64,000 bases of DNA from Paragordius varius (taxonomy: Eukaryota > Animalia > Nematomorpha): assembly GCA_964247055.1 (NCBI GenBank), contig OZ176052.1, forward strand, positions 5,828,001-5,892,000. Reading direction: 5' to 3'. The notes beneath the pieces were generated by a model. It had not been told where the DNA came from, made no database searches, and saw nothing but the letters and a program-made list of their open reading frames with translations. Shown piece after piece: positions 40,135 to 54,953 of the stretch (position 1 is its first letter; the number at the start of each line of letters is the position of its first letter). A program made the position numbers and the translations under genes.

Positions 40135-41849
40135 TATTTTTTTGTAAAGGTTTGGGTTACTGTCAAAGTTTTTTTCGTACTAGAATCCAGAAAATAGACA
40201 TGAGTGTTAGGACACATTTCGTAAAATTGGGAAATGATTTGATGATACCATTTAATTTTGTGGAATAATAATAATAATATACTAAACTTTTCAAAGTGAT
40301 TTAAATACTCATCATTTATATATATATCCTCACCTGCGCATATACTCCTTTTTTTGTATAACATAACTATCCTCGCTTCTCTCACAAACACAAAACTCAC
40401 ATTGTTTACCTTTTTTCCCATTTAAGAGGCATTTTTTTGGTCATGAATTAACAATAAACATATTTGCGCGTATTTCGGGATACGCATAACTTGTCAACAT
40501 TTATTGAATATAGTTTATTTCAATTGTCAATTTATATATATGTAGCCATAATATTTTTATTGCAATACTACCAATTCCTTTTAAAACAAACTGTAAAAAA
40601 CCCAAAAATACTTTAATTATATATAATTATTTCATTCATTTAACCACATCCTTTATTCTTATCACTTCAATTATGTCAAAAAAAATTAATTGATTAATAT
40701 ACTCAAACATTTACTTAATTTTGCTCACAATACACCCAACCAACTCATTAAAAACCCAACATTATCTGTTAAAAACAAAAATTATAATTAATACCCTTAA
40801 CACCTACCTGAATTTTTATTTTTTTTCCACAAGCGTTTATTTTCGCTACCCTTCTTATTATAGCCCAACAAAAAACAAAAAATTACCATTATTTATTTTT
40901 TATTCAGTTTTCTTTTTAATGTGAATATTTAAGACTTTTAACTTACCCTAAATGGTTAATAGTATCTTCTTTGGTTAGTTATTAGTCGTATTAATTTTTA
41001 GCAGCACCCCGTCTCCCGGTTCAAAATTATTATTTTTTGATGATTACAATAGTTTAATTAACATGTATGTATATGTTGCATTATGCCATAACTTCAATTA
41101 ACACAAAAAAACAATATAATGTTTATCTTTTTTTTATAACTTTCTTCAATAAAATTTTACACGCTATTTATCATATATTATTATGGTGTAATTTGCCTGT
41201 TAAAGGAAAAGATGCTTATGTGAAAAGATATGTTTAATTTACAGGTTAGCAGAACTCATGTAAAAGTTGGCTATATCCATATTTAACATTTTTTTTGTGG
41301 ATATTTATATATAATTTGGATTATTTATTTTAAAATTTCATTACATTATTGTCTCCTACATATATATATATATATATACTTTTAATATTTTAGTATGATC
41401 ATCTTTACACTATACATTTACATATCAATTTATAATTACATATATATTGTACACAATTAAAATATTGAAGCAAATAAATTAATTTCAATGTTTTTTTCTA
41501 TAAGTGTAGTGAGCTGAGCTAAGAAAACACCGTTACAAAATTTTTTTGCCCTTTAGTTCCAGTAACTTTACACTTACATCTATTAGGTTAATGCAATATT
41601 CTTTGCGTAGGTATAGATATAATTTAAAATAATTAAAAAAGATTTATTCATGTTATGGAAGGAAACAGAATTAGGCTATCTCACCATGATATGTTAAGGA
41701 CCCAATAGAATTTTTTGTTTTTGATTATGAAACAATCTGCAAATTTAGAATGACACACCTAATGATACTATTTTGTAACATTTTTCCCAATTTACTTAGT
41801 TGCTAAAGAAGTTTAACAATTAGGGTCATTAACAACGGTCGTCGAAATA

Positions 41850-41853
<4 letters not shown>

Positions 41854-41887
<34 letters not shown>
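41854..41887. repeat. (TA)n microsatellite
   Basis: Read directly from the sequence. Confidence 0.9.
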
Positions 41888-41890
<3 letters not shown>

Positions 41891-44800
41891 TTATGTGATA
41901 CCTAAATATGGATATAGTTATAAAAAAGTGTTTTTATCAAATTTGTTTTAAAATATTTAGAATGTAAGACAAAAAATAAATTTAGGTTATATTTGAACAA
42001 TTTATGTAACTTCAACTTTTCGCAACTCTATATTACTTCAAATGTTTTTGTGTTCAAATTTACCAAACCATATGACAATAAATGGCAAAAAAATTCTGAT
42101 ATTTCATTATTTTTTTCATAAGTTTTAAAGTTGTAATTTATTAAAAACATAATAAGTTATAAAGTAAAAATTGACACTAAACTGATTTATTTTTGAGGTA
42201 GATGTTAAAATATTTCAATATATAAATATGAATAAAGTAGTTTAGTTAGGCACACTTACAAATCAAAATTTGTGATAATTTAAAAAATTAATATTATAAT
42301 ATAAATACTGGTATAACACCAACCTAAAATATCGCTTTAAAGTGTGAATATTTATGAAAAAAAAATTATTAAATTACCTATTGCAATTAATTTACACTTG
42401 ATGGCTAAAATATTATGTATTAATAATATTCTTATTATTATTACTATAAATAAGTAAGGAAAAATAATAAAATTATTTTATTATCAATTTATTTAGAGAG
42501 TACTTAGTTATTTAATTTTTTTTGTTAGATATTACAAAAACTAATATTTTATGCCATTTTTTCGTAATTTTCACCTAGTTTTTAGATCATTTTTTATTTG
42601 TCGCAGAGTGTAGAATATTAAAATCTTTTTGATATACAGGTGTGAATTTATTATTGTTATTATTATACACAAAATGGAAAATTAGTGCAATGATTCAATA
42701 ATAAATTAATATTAAATAAATTAATTTATTATATCTTCCATATTCCAATTATTATAACAGTATATTTATTGGATTTTTTCAAATTAATTGTACAGCACGC
42801 CAAAGATTAGGAAACATCATGATTCAATTTAGCTTTTTTATGGCCGTTGGCTATTTATTAAATTTTTTGATGGTCTTATTATCAGTATAAATATCTTCAA
42901 ATATGTCAAACATTTATGAATTTTTTATCCTATAAGGCGCACGGCCCTTCAAGCAAAATAAATATTTTTTGTGGGCCTTTAAATTTTTGGTTAACTTTGG
43001 CTTAAGTGAACTCGAATACATGACTTATGCCTCAAATCCAGGGAAGATATTGCGCCTTAATTTTTGAAAGAATTACAGAACCTTATGCTTTAAATAACCT
43101 AGGAGTAAAAGTGGTTTTGTAAATGTCGTGTGTGCCGAATGCATTTATTTTTATTTTATGGATCTTAAACCCCATATTTTTTCAGAATCTAAAGGCCGGT
43201 CATTTATACTCTCTAAAAATTGATTCTCTCAATATAGCACCCTATGTTTATATAAATGCTGTAATACATAAAACGTAGTGTTGTATTAAAGGAGATCTGC
43301 TATATCCAATTTGAGTACAAATTACTGTTAAACAGTCGATGAATGCATGTATGCTGTATACATGTGTATCTATATTAATTATATCGTTGATATAATTTAA
43401 TTTTTCTAAAAGAAATCAAATTACCCAGCTTAAATCTTAATTAAAGCCGTGTTAACTTTGTCAGTTACGGTAATGCCTTATAGGTATTGTCACTGAAAAC
43501 TATAACCTTCAATTTGTTTTAGTATTTGAAAAATTAATAAAACATCGCTATATATGAAATGGTTGAAAAAATATAGAATCACCATATAAACCAGAAACTT
43601 TTATACCCATTTTGGTAAACGAAAAACATTTATAATAATTCCATTTCTTATATTTGTAATTAAGGCGTTTAGACTTGTATCTTGCTACATATTATAACTC
43701 AGTGAATGTATGAAACAATGAAACATAGGATGGGAAGGTTTTAAATTTTAGATGTGCTTGAATTAAACAGTCAAAAATATATTACAAATATATTAATATT
43801 GTCATATTAATAAACCATTTTTTGTGTTTATAACTGTATAAATAATTTATTAACGTGAGTGTCAATAAATTATTAGTTTTAATTTGTATATTGTTTTCAA
43901 ATATTGATTTTTTAAATCTATCAAGGAACCTTTGTATAAAAAATATTGAGAGTTTACAATCTTAATTAATAACCTCATTCCAAAAAATAAAACTTTGATA
44001 ACCTTTATAAACTTCAAAAATTGAATTCTAATATAAAATAACAGATGCCAAGACTTTACCGTCAAATAAACTTGAACGTTTTTTTAAAATTATTTAATTA
44101 AAATTCAAGTGATATAGTAATTAAACATCTATTAAAAAAATGATAAAATTATACAATTTTGTCGCTTTCCATTTAATAATAATATTTGTTTTATATATTA
44201 AATTTTGGACAAAGTAGAATCAGATTTTCTATAATTAAAAATTTATAAGGTTTAACAATGTTAGTTAAATATTATTGTACATTTTAATGATGAAACAAAT
44301 TATACATATTTTACAGTATTGCCAACCATACATATTTTTTACCCATTGTTTGTTTTTTAAAAAAAAACATTTCATAATTTTCATTAATTTTTTATTTTGT
44401 AAAGTATTTATTTATGTTAGTTTTGTCATGTTTATTTTACAATAACGTTTTTCATAAATGGTACTAACATCATAACTCATAAATTTGGCCACATTTGACA
44501 GAATAAAAGAGAGATAACAACAATTAATTAATTAATTTGATAGAAAATTTTAATTTTGCTGTCAACCTCAATAATCTTACGCTGATTTTGACACTTTGCA
44601 GTTTAAACTGCTACTTTAACTGTTTAGCAATGATCAGAAAATTATAATTCTAACCAATAAAATATTTAATATTATCTAAAGCGTAGCAAGTTAAAATAAA
44701 TAATAGTAGATATGGCAAAAAGAGAATCACGTTTAAGATTACTAGTAAGACTTCTCCATTTCGTTTTAAAGTAATTAATTTCTCCTTATCAAAATATCGT

Positions 44801-45422
44801 AAAAAATAATTATTATTTTGGGAAATTTTTGTATAAATATGCATTCTATGGCCTTATGAACATATATTTAATAGAGTTTAAAAAAATTTATTTATAACTC
44901 GATGTGGAGAAATATATGGAAAACTTGGCTAAACAGCTGATTATCAATATGTATTTTGACATAAATTATGAAAAAAATCCCTTCAAAATTTACATATTCA
45001 ATTAAATTTTGTTAGAATATAGATATACGAATTTATTTATATAATTTTTATTGATAACAACTTAGGACCTATAAAAACACTTAATTAGATACTACAAAAA
45101 TTACCTTTATTTATTTAATTTAATGCTTCTAAAATTTGAGCCATCGTTTGGTACTTTTGGCGGGACACTCCCGCTTTTTCACACTTTGTCCCGCTTCCTG
45201 CTACGTTTTTAAATGTCCCGCTTTTTCACGATTATATAAAAAAATTTTTTTTTAATACAAATAAATTTTTTTTGTCCGTTTAAATTTTTTATCTTTAAAT
45301 ATCTTTAAAATCTATTCAATTTTAAATTAAAATTTTTTATTTTAAATTAAAAATATTTATTTTTTTCGAATTTATTCATGTGATTATACACTATACTTCC
45401 TACTACTACTGTCATTATTATC

Positions 45423-45728
45423 AAAAAGCCAAGTTAATACCACAAATCTCTAGATTAAAAGACAAATTGATACCACAAATCGGTACCTTACACGTTTAAT
45501 TAACAAAATTAAGGTAATATAATATTTATTATACTAATATTTTAGTTTTATTACTTGCCAACATTATTAAAAAGCCAAATTAATACCACAAATCGGTAGC
45601 TTTAAAGCCAAATTAATACCACAAATCGGTAGCTTTAAAGACAAATTGATACCACAAATCGGTACCTTACACGTTTATCACAGAAAATTAAGGTAATATA
45701 ATATTTATTAATATTTATTATACTAATA
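45423..45728 (+). repeat. Nested tandem duplication (~145-bp unit containing ~31-bp subunits) just upstream of the transposase ATG
   Basis: ATACCACAAATC occurs five times; the block GACAAATTGATACCACAAATCGGTACCTTACACGTTT...AAATTAAGGTAATATAATATTTATT occurs twice. Confidence 0.85.
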
Positions 45729-45741
45729 GTAGTTTATAAAT

Positions 45742-47592
45742 ATGAGCACAAAAAGAGGTTGTAAATTCAACGATGAATTAATGAAGGATTTTCCTTTTAT
45801 TAAAAAAACGAAGAATGAATCATTTGTTAAATGTCTTATATGCGAGGGGGAATTCACCCTAGCACATGGCGGCTGATATTACAAAGTATGGAAACACAGA
45901 AACATAAAAAATGTTTAGATATGGCGGCATCATCTTACAAAATGAGCGATTTTTTTGAAAAACCGCTTTTGGAGAGGAAGAAAAGAATTTGGCACTAGCT
46001 GAGGGCGTGTTATCTTTTCACGCCGTTAATCACAATCATTCCTTTAGATCTATGGACTGTACCTCACAGGTTATTCGCACGTTATTCCATAAAAAATTTA
46101 CATGTGCCCGTACAAAGGCTGAAGCCATTGTGTGCAATGTCCTTTCGCCACATGCATTTTCTGAAATACAAAAAGATTTGCTGAAAATTAATTCCATATC
46201 GCTATACTCTGATGCATCAAATCACCATGAAACAAAATTTTTTCCCACTTTGATGAGATATTTTGATTCAGAAACCGGAGTAAAAATTAAAATTTTAGAT
46301 TTAATTTCCCTACCCGGTGAAAATTCCGAAATAATATTTACTTCAATAATGCAAAAAAATAATTTAAAATACAAAATTATCGTATATTGCGCTGACAACA
46401 CCAATATGAACTTTGGTGGAAAAGCAAGGAGAGGAACAAAAAAATATTTTTCATAAATTAACAGATAATCTTAATCAAAACATTATTGGCGTTGGGTGTG
46501 CAGCGCATATAATACACAACGCTATTCAAACAGCTGCTGATTTGTTACCCCTAGATGTGGAAAATGTAGTTGTTAAAATATATTCCTATTTTTATATATA
46601 CACGGTAGTGTTGAAATGCTTAAAGAATTCTGTGAAAATGCAGAAGTTCAATATCAAAAAATGCTTGGATATTAAACTCGTTGGTTAGCTTTTATGCCAG
46701 CTATCGAAAGAATTTTAAAAATGTATGATCCTTTAAAATCTTTTTTATTATCACAGGACAAATGTCCTACAACTTTAAAAAAATTTTTTGAAAGTGATTG
46801 TTCAAAAATATGGTTATTCTTACATATTCAAGCTTCTCTCTTTCAAAATGTTATTAAATTTATAGAAGGTGACAAAATTTCGGCAATCGAAGTAGCCAAT
46901 GAAGTTAGTAATCTAAAATTCCAATGTCAAGAACGGTTAGAAAATAATTTTATACCATTAACCATCCGCAATATAATAAAAAATTTAGAAAAACAAGGCT
47001 TAATAAATCGCCAAGATATCCTGTACCATATAAAAATGTTTTATACAAACTGTAAAGATTATTTGGAAGACTGGGCGACGCAATTCAATGAAATTAATCA
47101 TTTTCATTGGATAACATTAAAATCAGAATTTAATTGGTGCGATGTTCAAAAATCATTTGATTATATCTGCTCCCAAAAATTATCAAAAAGTAATCTTTCA
47201 GAAAATGATCCTTTTTCTGAAGTATCATTAGTTAAAAGATATATTAATAATGAAAAACTTAAATTATGGACAAAAGAAAATATACAGTAGAAAAGAAATG
47301 GTTGGAAATATTTCATCATTTTGAAGCCAACTATATCACATACAATAATATTTTAAAAATTGTGGAATTCGCACTATCTTTACCTGGAACCAACGCTGCT
47401 ACTGAGCGCGTTTTTTCCACAGTAAATCAGGTGTGGATATCGGAAAAATCAAATTTAAATGTTGAAACTTTAAAGGCCGTTTTATCTGTCAAATATAATT
47501 TGAATTCTTGTGAAGACTTCTACAATATTTTAAAAAATGATGACAATCTGCTAAAACGCATTCACTCAAAAAAAAAATATACCAAAGAATAA
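45742..47592 (+). pseudogene. hAT transposase pseudogene (multiple frameshifts)
   Basis: N-terminal BED-finger-like segment (FVKCLICEGEFTLAHGG ... ETQKHKK); LYSDASNH and YCADNTNMNFGG around the expected catalytic Asp residues; GCAAHIIHN (CxxH); C-terminal dimerisation-domain pattern LSLPGTNAATERVFS. Spread over at least four reading frames. Confidence 0.92.
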
Positions 47593-47637
47593 AATATTTT
47601 CTTTAAAGTTTTTGTGTTAAAAAATAAACAAAATTAC

Positions 47638-48465
47638 TTAAAATATTGTATAAGTCTTCATAATTTGTCAAATTATATTTGAACACATATAATGGCTTTT
47701 ATTCAACATTTAAATTTAATTCCGTGTCCTTACTTAATTTACTGTGGAAAAACGCGTTCAATAGCAGTGGTTCAGGTGAAGATAATGCAAATTCTACAAT
47801 TAAAATATTATTGTATGGAACGTAATTTGTTTAAAAATGATTATTTTAACCATTTCTATCCTACGTATTTTTTTCTGTTGTCCATAATATTAGTTTTCAT
47901 TCAATATATTTATTTAATAATGAGACTTCATCAAAAAGTGTCATTGTGCACCGTCTTGTCTTCAAAATAATCGTTTCTGTTTGCATAAAACATTTTTATA
48001 TTCTGGCTCTTCATTGAGCCTTGTTTTTCTGGATGCTTTATAATATTGCGATTAGGTAATGGTATAAAATTATTTTCTAACCTTTTTTGACTTGGAGTTT
48101 TGACCTTTGTCCTGTGATAAAAAATAGGATTCTAGGAGATCACATTTTTATTTATATATATCAATCGCTGGTAAAAGAGCTAACCAACAGTTCTACAATA
48201 TTCAAGCATTTTGACATATATATTTTCCACATCCAGGGGTAACAAATCAGTAGCTGTTTGAACGCTGTGTATCTGCCAATAATGTTTTGATTTTGATTAT
48301 TCGCTAAATTGTTAAAAATATTTTTGTGCCGCTTCTTGCATCACCCAGCGCACTTTGTGACGATTTCGTCTTTATTATTTTTTTCTAGAATATTAAAATC
48401 ACTTCACCCTTTGTTCGTGCATATGGAAATTTATTGAATAAGGTACAAACAACCTGTGAGGTACA
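47638..48465 (-). pseudogene. Inverted, internally deleted copy of the adjacent hAT transposase
   Basis: Reverse complement aligns collinearly to 46058-47533, for example TGTACCTCACAGGTT, CAAAACATTATTGGC, GTTAGAAAATAATTTTATACCATTA, CGCGTTTTT(T)CCACAGTAAAT, TACAATATTTTAA. About 80% identity by eye, with several large and many small deletions. Confidence 0.88.
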
Positions 48466-51400
48466 AATTTTTTTATATTTATAATGTATTTGTGTTAAAA
48501 ATAAATAAATATTGTAATAAATTTTTTGTATAAAAATTTTTGGTTGTGCCCCCCAATGACCCACCCCCTTCTCAGATTTGTCCCGCTTTTTCCTTCAAAA
48601 AATCTGGTCACCTTAGGTATAATCCACATTAAACGATATTTGCTTTGCAAGTGGAATCAGATTATAGCTTTTGTATTTTACAGGATAATTTTAACACTGA
48701 AAATCACCCGAAAGCATTTTTAATTAACATTTTTGGGGCTATATTTTTAGTTTTTTAATTTTATGAACATCGTAGTTTAACTTAATGCATTAATTGACCA
48801 AATTATCCTTGATGTAAATCTGTTATTTTCATATCACCATTATATGGGAATTTTTTATTTGGTTTATTGCCTATGATTACCTCTACACAAAAATACTTTT
48901 TAAAATATCAAGGTTAGCCATAGGAATATAACCATTTTTATAAATTCGATTGCATTCACATAAAAATTTTAGGATCATTGATATGCTATTTTCAATAAAG
49001 TTTACTTTTTTGCTAAATACTGAGTAAAAATCACGCGAATCATAGAGTTAGAAAATGTGTGTAATTTAATTATTATGGTTTATATTTTTTGATTTTTGTT
49101 TCATTTAGAAAACTATCCATATAAGCTAAAAATGATGCATTTTGTCACTTTCTACAATTACATACATGCATGATATTCATTCCGTGTCTGTTTTATGTTT
49201 TGACGAGAAAAAAAACAAATTAATTATGTTAATAAATTCATACTTTTTTATTATATTATTCCAAAAATTTATCATTTATTTCATATCATTATTAGATTAT
49301 ATCTATATATATATAATATTTTATTCTTGGTTTAATTTTCACCATTTTATATCTAACTATTCTATATATGTATTTATTTTAATGATGATACAAATTTAGT
49401 GGACAGTATAAAAGTGTAAGTAAATAATGAAATTAGGATGGATTTTTCAGCATATTTTTTCCATTCAATTTTTATATGCTTAGAGAAAAGGAGGGATTAA
49501 AACACCTAATTTTTAAGAGATTCGATTTGCGCGCGAAAATATTCTGAGCTGGCGTGGCATAAAATGATTATAAAAAAATTCATTAATAATAAAAAATGAG
49601 CAGTATAAAAATGAAAAAAATATATTAATCATGCAAAATGGTAATTGACAAAAAAATCTGTGAAAAAAAAGTCATGTCCACATTTAAATCCCCCATTGCA
49701 AAAAATAATTAATTTATTCTGTTTTTTTATATCGATTCCTGAAGAAAGAATATAAAATAGTGAAGAGCTATGAATATAATCATCATATTGTTTTTTTCAA
49801 CAAAATCGGTGTAAATAAATATTAATAATTAAATAATATTATTAACTTCAAGGGACAGAAAAACTCTTTTGAAACTTTCGGCATTTTAAAAATTGAATAA
49901 ATTATTTAAATTTAATGAATGGTTAAATCAAAGTTTTTAGCTGGAACAGTTCCTCAATATAGAGCGAGTGGGTTATTATTTATTTTTTTAAAAAATGCCT
50001 ACTTAAAAAATCCAAATTTTCAAATAAAAATTTGTCTGTGAAATATTGAAATTGGCCTCATAGAATTTTGTTAATATTAAATATATTATAATTTACATTC
50101 CGGTTCTATATGTTAGGTAAAGTGTCGTTTTAAAGAAAAATTAATGGCATTAAAACAAAACATATAGGGTGAAACACTAATATTATTATGAAAAAACCAC
50201 CATTTGCTAATACTTGATTGATTCATTTAAAATATAACCAATCGTTTTAAGCTGTGAAAAAAGGAATATTTATTACTTTATATTATAATAGATAAAGAAT
50301 TGAAATATAGGGGGATCCCTTAAAATTTTTTATTCTCGTTATCAAACACCTGATAAAAACAGTTGATAAAACAAATAAACATTTAGGTTGAAAAATTAAC
50401 TTTTTGACCATGTAATCTTATCAATAAATGTAAAGCCGTTTTCCTCCAAATTGAGTGCATTTTTAAAGCTAAAACTTTTTTAAAACCCAATTAGGTCAAG
50501 ATGTGGAAACCAGTTCCTGATTTTTGATAAAGTGAGAGATATTTTTTAAAATCCATATAATTTATAAAGTACGATTTACAATAAATTAATCACTAAACTA
50601 TATACATATATACATGAATGGTATAAAAATATGAATTATTTATAACGCATAACGCACAATATGACAACATTTCAAATACTGAATGATAATATATATATAA
50701 TTCTAAAATTAAATTTCCAAAAACTATATATATATACTTGCAAATCTTAATTTTGCATCTTGGTCTAAATTTAAGAGATGCCTTAAAGATTTTCCGTGAA
50801 TCTTTATTTATTAATGCTAGTCACAGTATTTCTGGTGGTAAGCTTTTTTTACATCTTTAGTTAAGTTTTTTTATCCATATAATAGGTGTTTGCCCTAAAT
50901 CCTTTATCAAAAATTGATACAAATAATTTTATTGTGAGGAGAAGAGTTATAACTGGCTTCATACTCCCCGTGCCGTGTCGTCTCCATAAAAATAATTTTT
51001 TATGGTATATTGGTTTTTAAAAAAGTTTCCTAGAGCAACTATAATAAAACCATGGTTTTGATTCATTCAATATTCTTTTAGAAATATTATCTATTGCGAT
51101 TTTTTTCTATCATTATATTACTATTATTTAATGATTAATAGTTATATAAATTATTCAAGACACCAAAATATTTTGATGTCTTATCCAGCTAATATTTTAT
51201 CAATTTTTTACATTTTTCCTGGTTTTGGACAATATGTTAGAAGTAAAAATAATCAAAAAAATACAATAACTGCATTTTAATTTTAGTTAGTTACAAACAT
51301 AGTAGTGAAATCAATTTATATATCAATATCAAACTTTTTTAAGGATCACTTATTTATTAATATAAATATTATTTATTAATATATATATATAAGTGATTTA

Positions 51401-53575
51401 CTTAGAATGACAAACTTACTCTCTCTCTATATATATTTTATAAATCGTTTAATATATCAAATATTTTTAAAAATTTCTCAATTTTTGAATAAATTATTTT
51501 ATTTTTGTAATGAAACTAAACTAATAGAAACAATGTAAAAATGGCTTTAAGAGCTTCCGCTACTTTAGTTTAAAAAGCAAAAATAGATATTTAAATTAGA
51601 GCGAATGTAATATAAAAATATTTTTCCAATGATTTATAAAATTAAAAATAAAATAATTTTTATAATTATTGACAGATATTGAAAAAGAATGAAAGGAAGA
51701 AATTTTTTTTATTTAATGACTCTTAAAAGTTTCCGATTAGAGTTTTAAGAAATAATTTACATCAAATACGCTATCCAAAAATATTTTATGGGATATTTTT
51801 GAATAATACCTTATATTTTTATTAGACAAGAGGTGAAGCAAGACGATATTTAAAATTAAGGGTTTATTTTATATTGTTATTCGCCCCGCGAGAAAATTAA
51901 ATATTTTTGTGTGAGACGAAAGGCTACGGTAATATTAGGTCTGCTTATGTTTATCGGTTTTGGATCTTTATATGTGATATTACTAATCCCCTTAACCATA
52001 TTGGGGCATTATAGGGATCCTACTTCTCATAAAATCTAAAATATTGGTTTCAAATTCAAATACAAAAAAATCCCCCAGAAAACTGCGGTTTTGTAACCGC
52101 ATTCGTAAGAAAATTACAACACCTAACAGTTTTAAAATGAAATTCTACTATAAAAAATGGGATGAACGTTTGATAAATAGCATGGGCTCATTATGATATA
52201 TGTAAGTTCCTTATGGCAGTGGGGTGTGAGCGTTAATATTAGAAGGATATTGTAATTTTAAAAGAATCTAGGACACCTGCGCTTTTCATAAAAATAATTC
52301 AAAAATTAACTTAAGGAAATAATTGTCTCGATTTTGTTGCACTTGTATTTTAGAAATATTAATAAATAGATGTGCAAATGTCATATTTACCCAAACTTTT
52401 TTATTTGAAAACTAGTTTTTTATCAAATAATGATTACTAAAATATAACTTAACGATGTAGGTAACATGAAAGTATATTTGTGTATGGTATCTGGATTGGT
52501 AAATATAAAGTAGTTTCTTCAATATTTTTTTTTAATAGTGAAAATCACCAGCTTACTTTCAGAAAAAATGGGTAACGCGTGGTACATAAGAAATTAAACT
52601 CAAAAACTGATTTTAAATTTTGTTTTAATAGAATTTATGAATCAAAATGGAACTTTTTAAGTCAATAGATAATAGTAAAATAAGATTTTTTATGTGAGAA
52701 GCATCAACATTCATGAAGGAGTAAAGGGTCTAAAGCGCAAAAATCAGTTTTTTATATAAAATCAAATATATTCTATAATAGATTTTAATGAGTGTTTTTA
52801 ATGTCAAGAATAAAACTAAAGAGTTTTGTTTAGTTTTGCTACTAGCCATTTATTTCGTATTTAAAACAAATGATTAATTCGTTGGGTATTTGAGATGGAC
52901 AAACAGAATATGGGCTTTATGACTAAATTTTTTAGCAAATAAATAATACTTAAAATGTAAACTTAAATGGTTAAGCTTGGGAATATGTTATTTGTTAAAA
53001 TTATATAAAAATATAATTATAAAACTACTATTTGACATGGGCTCACCATGACACATATAAATATAATAACCAAAAATATAAACATTTAAGAAAAGAAGCT
53101 TTGCAAGTTGTATAAATATAATTTTACATCAAAAGGTCAATTAATCATCCAGGATATCTCTAGCCTAATTTAAATTTATTGATCTAGAGAATGTTAATTT
53201 CTGACATTACCAATAAAGTCTTTTATATATAAAATGCTGCATAAAGTTTCCCTAAATTAACAATTAAGCTAAAACATTAAGTAAACCTTAATGAAACAAA
53301 AGTAATTAAAATCAAAGCGGTATACATGCTTGCGCTACATTTTTTTTTATTTTCAGATCAGATTCCTAATTTCATTTATGCTTTAAATGCTATTATTTTT
53401 GTGCAAGCATTTTTATTTGCAAATAATAGAATAACAAATGTGATTCTATTTAAAATTCAAACCATGTCATTCATAAATTATAATAATATTTTTTTTTCAT
53501 TTTTGTTGCGGTTTTTATTAATATTTTTTAACTAAAATTAATTTTATCGTATTTATAATAAATTCATATATATAG

Positions 53576-53578
<3 letters not shown>

Positions 53579-53634
<56 letters not shown>
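53579..53634. repeat. (TG)28 microsatellite
   Basis: Read directly from the sequence. Confidence 0.95.
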
Positions 53635-53635
<1 letters not shown>

Positions 53636-54953
53636 ATTCCTAACTCTCCTTTCCCTCTCGTTTTTTCAAACTAATCTGTTAACTGTTCAAATGATGTCTA
53701 ATTTTTGTTATGTTTAAGTCATTGACAATGTTTAAACTTTTTAATATATTTTATTTTTATATATTTTTTTCCATAAAAATATATAAAAATAAAATATTAA
53801 TCAATATTCAAACCACATAGGCCATCTCCCTATTTCTCATCATTTAAAGTTTTTCTGTCTCCCTTTCCCTTACATAAATTTTTATGCATAAAAAATATAA
53901 ACATTCATTCAAATTTTCAGCATTAATTTATTTTTGGACTGTGACAGACTCCTACCTAAACTTTGATAGATAGGTCAAAATAAATAAACATAAAAATTAT
54001 GCTAAAACAACTTTTTGCTATTTAAAAAAAACTTATAAATTAGAACTTTAAATTAGTTATTCTAATAAATATATAAGAAGAGGAAAAAAATATTTTAATT
54101 AAAAAACGGTCACAGACGGAGAGAGGGTAACATTTTTTATGCTTATATTATTTTTTGGAGATTAAATTTTCCATATAAAATAAATTAATTTAACCCTAAC
54201 AGCCTTGCTGAATTTGATAAACCATTGGATAATATGATAATATAAGGCTTAACTGTATTTCTCCCATTATAAAATATTTGGATGCGATTTTAAAATATAA
54301 GTATGCTTCTTTATAACAAATTTATTGCAACGAATGTGCAACGAATTGGCGCATGCTTAAGGTTTTTAATATTTAGTCAAATTTATAGTGTTTTTTCGTT
54401 TATCAAACAAGTTACTCAACTTAGGTGTAAAATAAATTTAAGGGTAATTGGAATATGACCAACTGTATGAAAAAGAAATAGTAATATTTTGTAAACAACC
54501 GATATGACAATGAACAGAAAAAGTATAGATTTGATTGTTTTCCCTATTTAACTGTAATCAAATAATAAATCTTCATCGAAAATTGTAAGAGTTGAAACTC
54601 AATATTTATTATGGAATGAAACTTCGCTTTAAGTCAACGCCATGCGAATCCTTAGTCTATAAACATAAGATCTACCCATAAAAAGGAATAAATTAATAAT
54701 TTTAGTATTATAAATAAATTTAATTCGAGAATTCGAGTGTAATTTTAATCAGCCGTCCTAAAAACTATGATATCTATATGTAATTTTTCCAACTTACCAG
54801 GATTATACATAAGTTAATACCGATCAAACTAAGAGAAGACTCTAGAAAATATGCAGACGATTAACCTGATCATTTCGTCCATCTGACATCATACGACAAA
54901 CACTTACAAGAGTTCACCAAAAATTAGCGACTTATTTTTATCATTCATAAATC

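Larger units (their letters stand above)
45135..48615 (+). mobile_element. hAT DNA transposon relic (Blackjack-like ends)
   Basis: Right terminus CTGGTCACCTTA (48604-48615) matches the TAGGGTGACCAG-type TIR with one mismatch. GTCCCGCTT subterminal motifs at 45188, 45216 and near 48580. Contains a hAT transposase relic. Left TIR not identifiable, so the left boundary is approximate and no TSD was verified. Confidence 0.7.

Noticed and set aside
40116-40421. 101-aa minus-strand ORF overlapping the 3' end of the gene, and the other 60-90 aa F/I/L/K-rich ORFs across the window
   Set aside because: Composition is dictated by AT richness, most use non-ATG starts, and none has motifs or splice context.
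49525-49540. Palindromic E2F-like site TTTGCGCGCGAAA
   Set aside because: A single short motif far from any supported transcription start is not distinguishable from chance.
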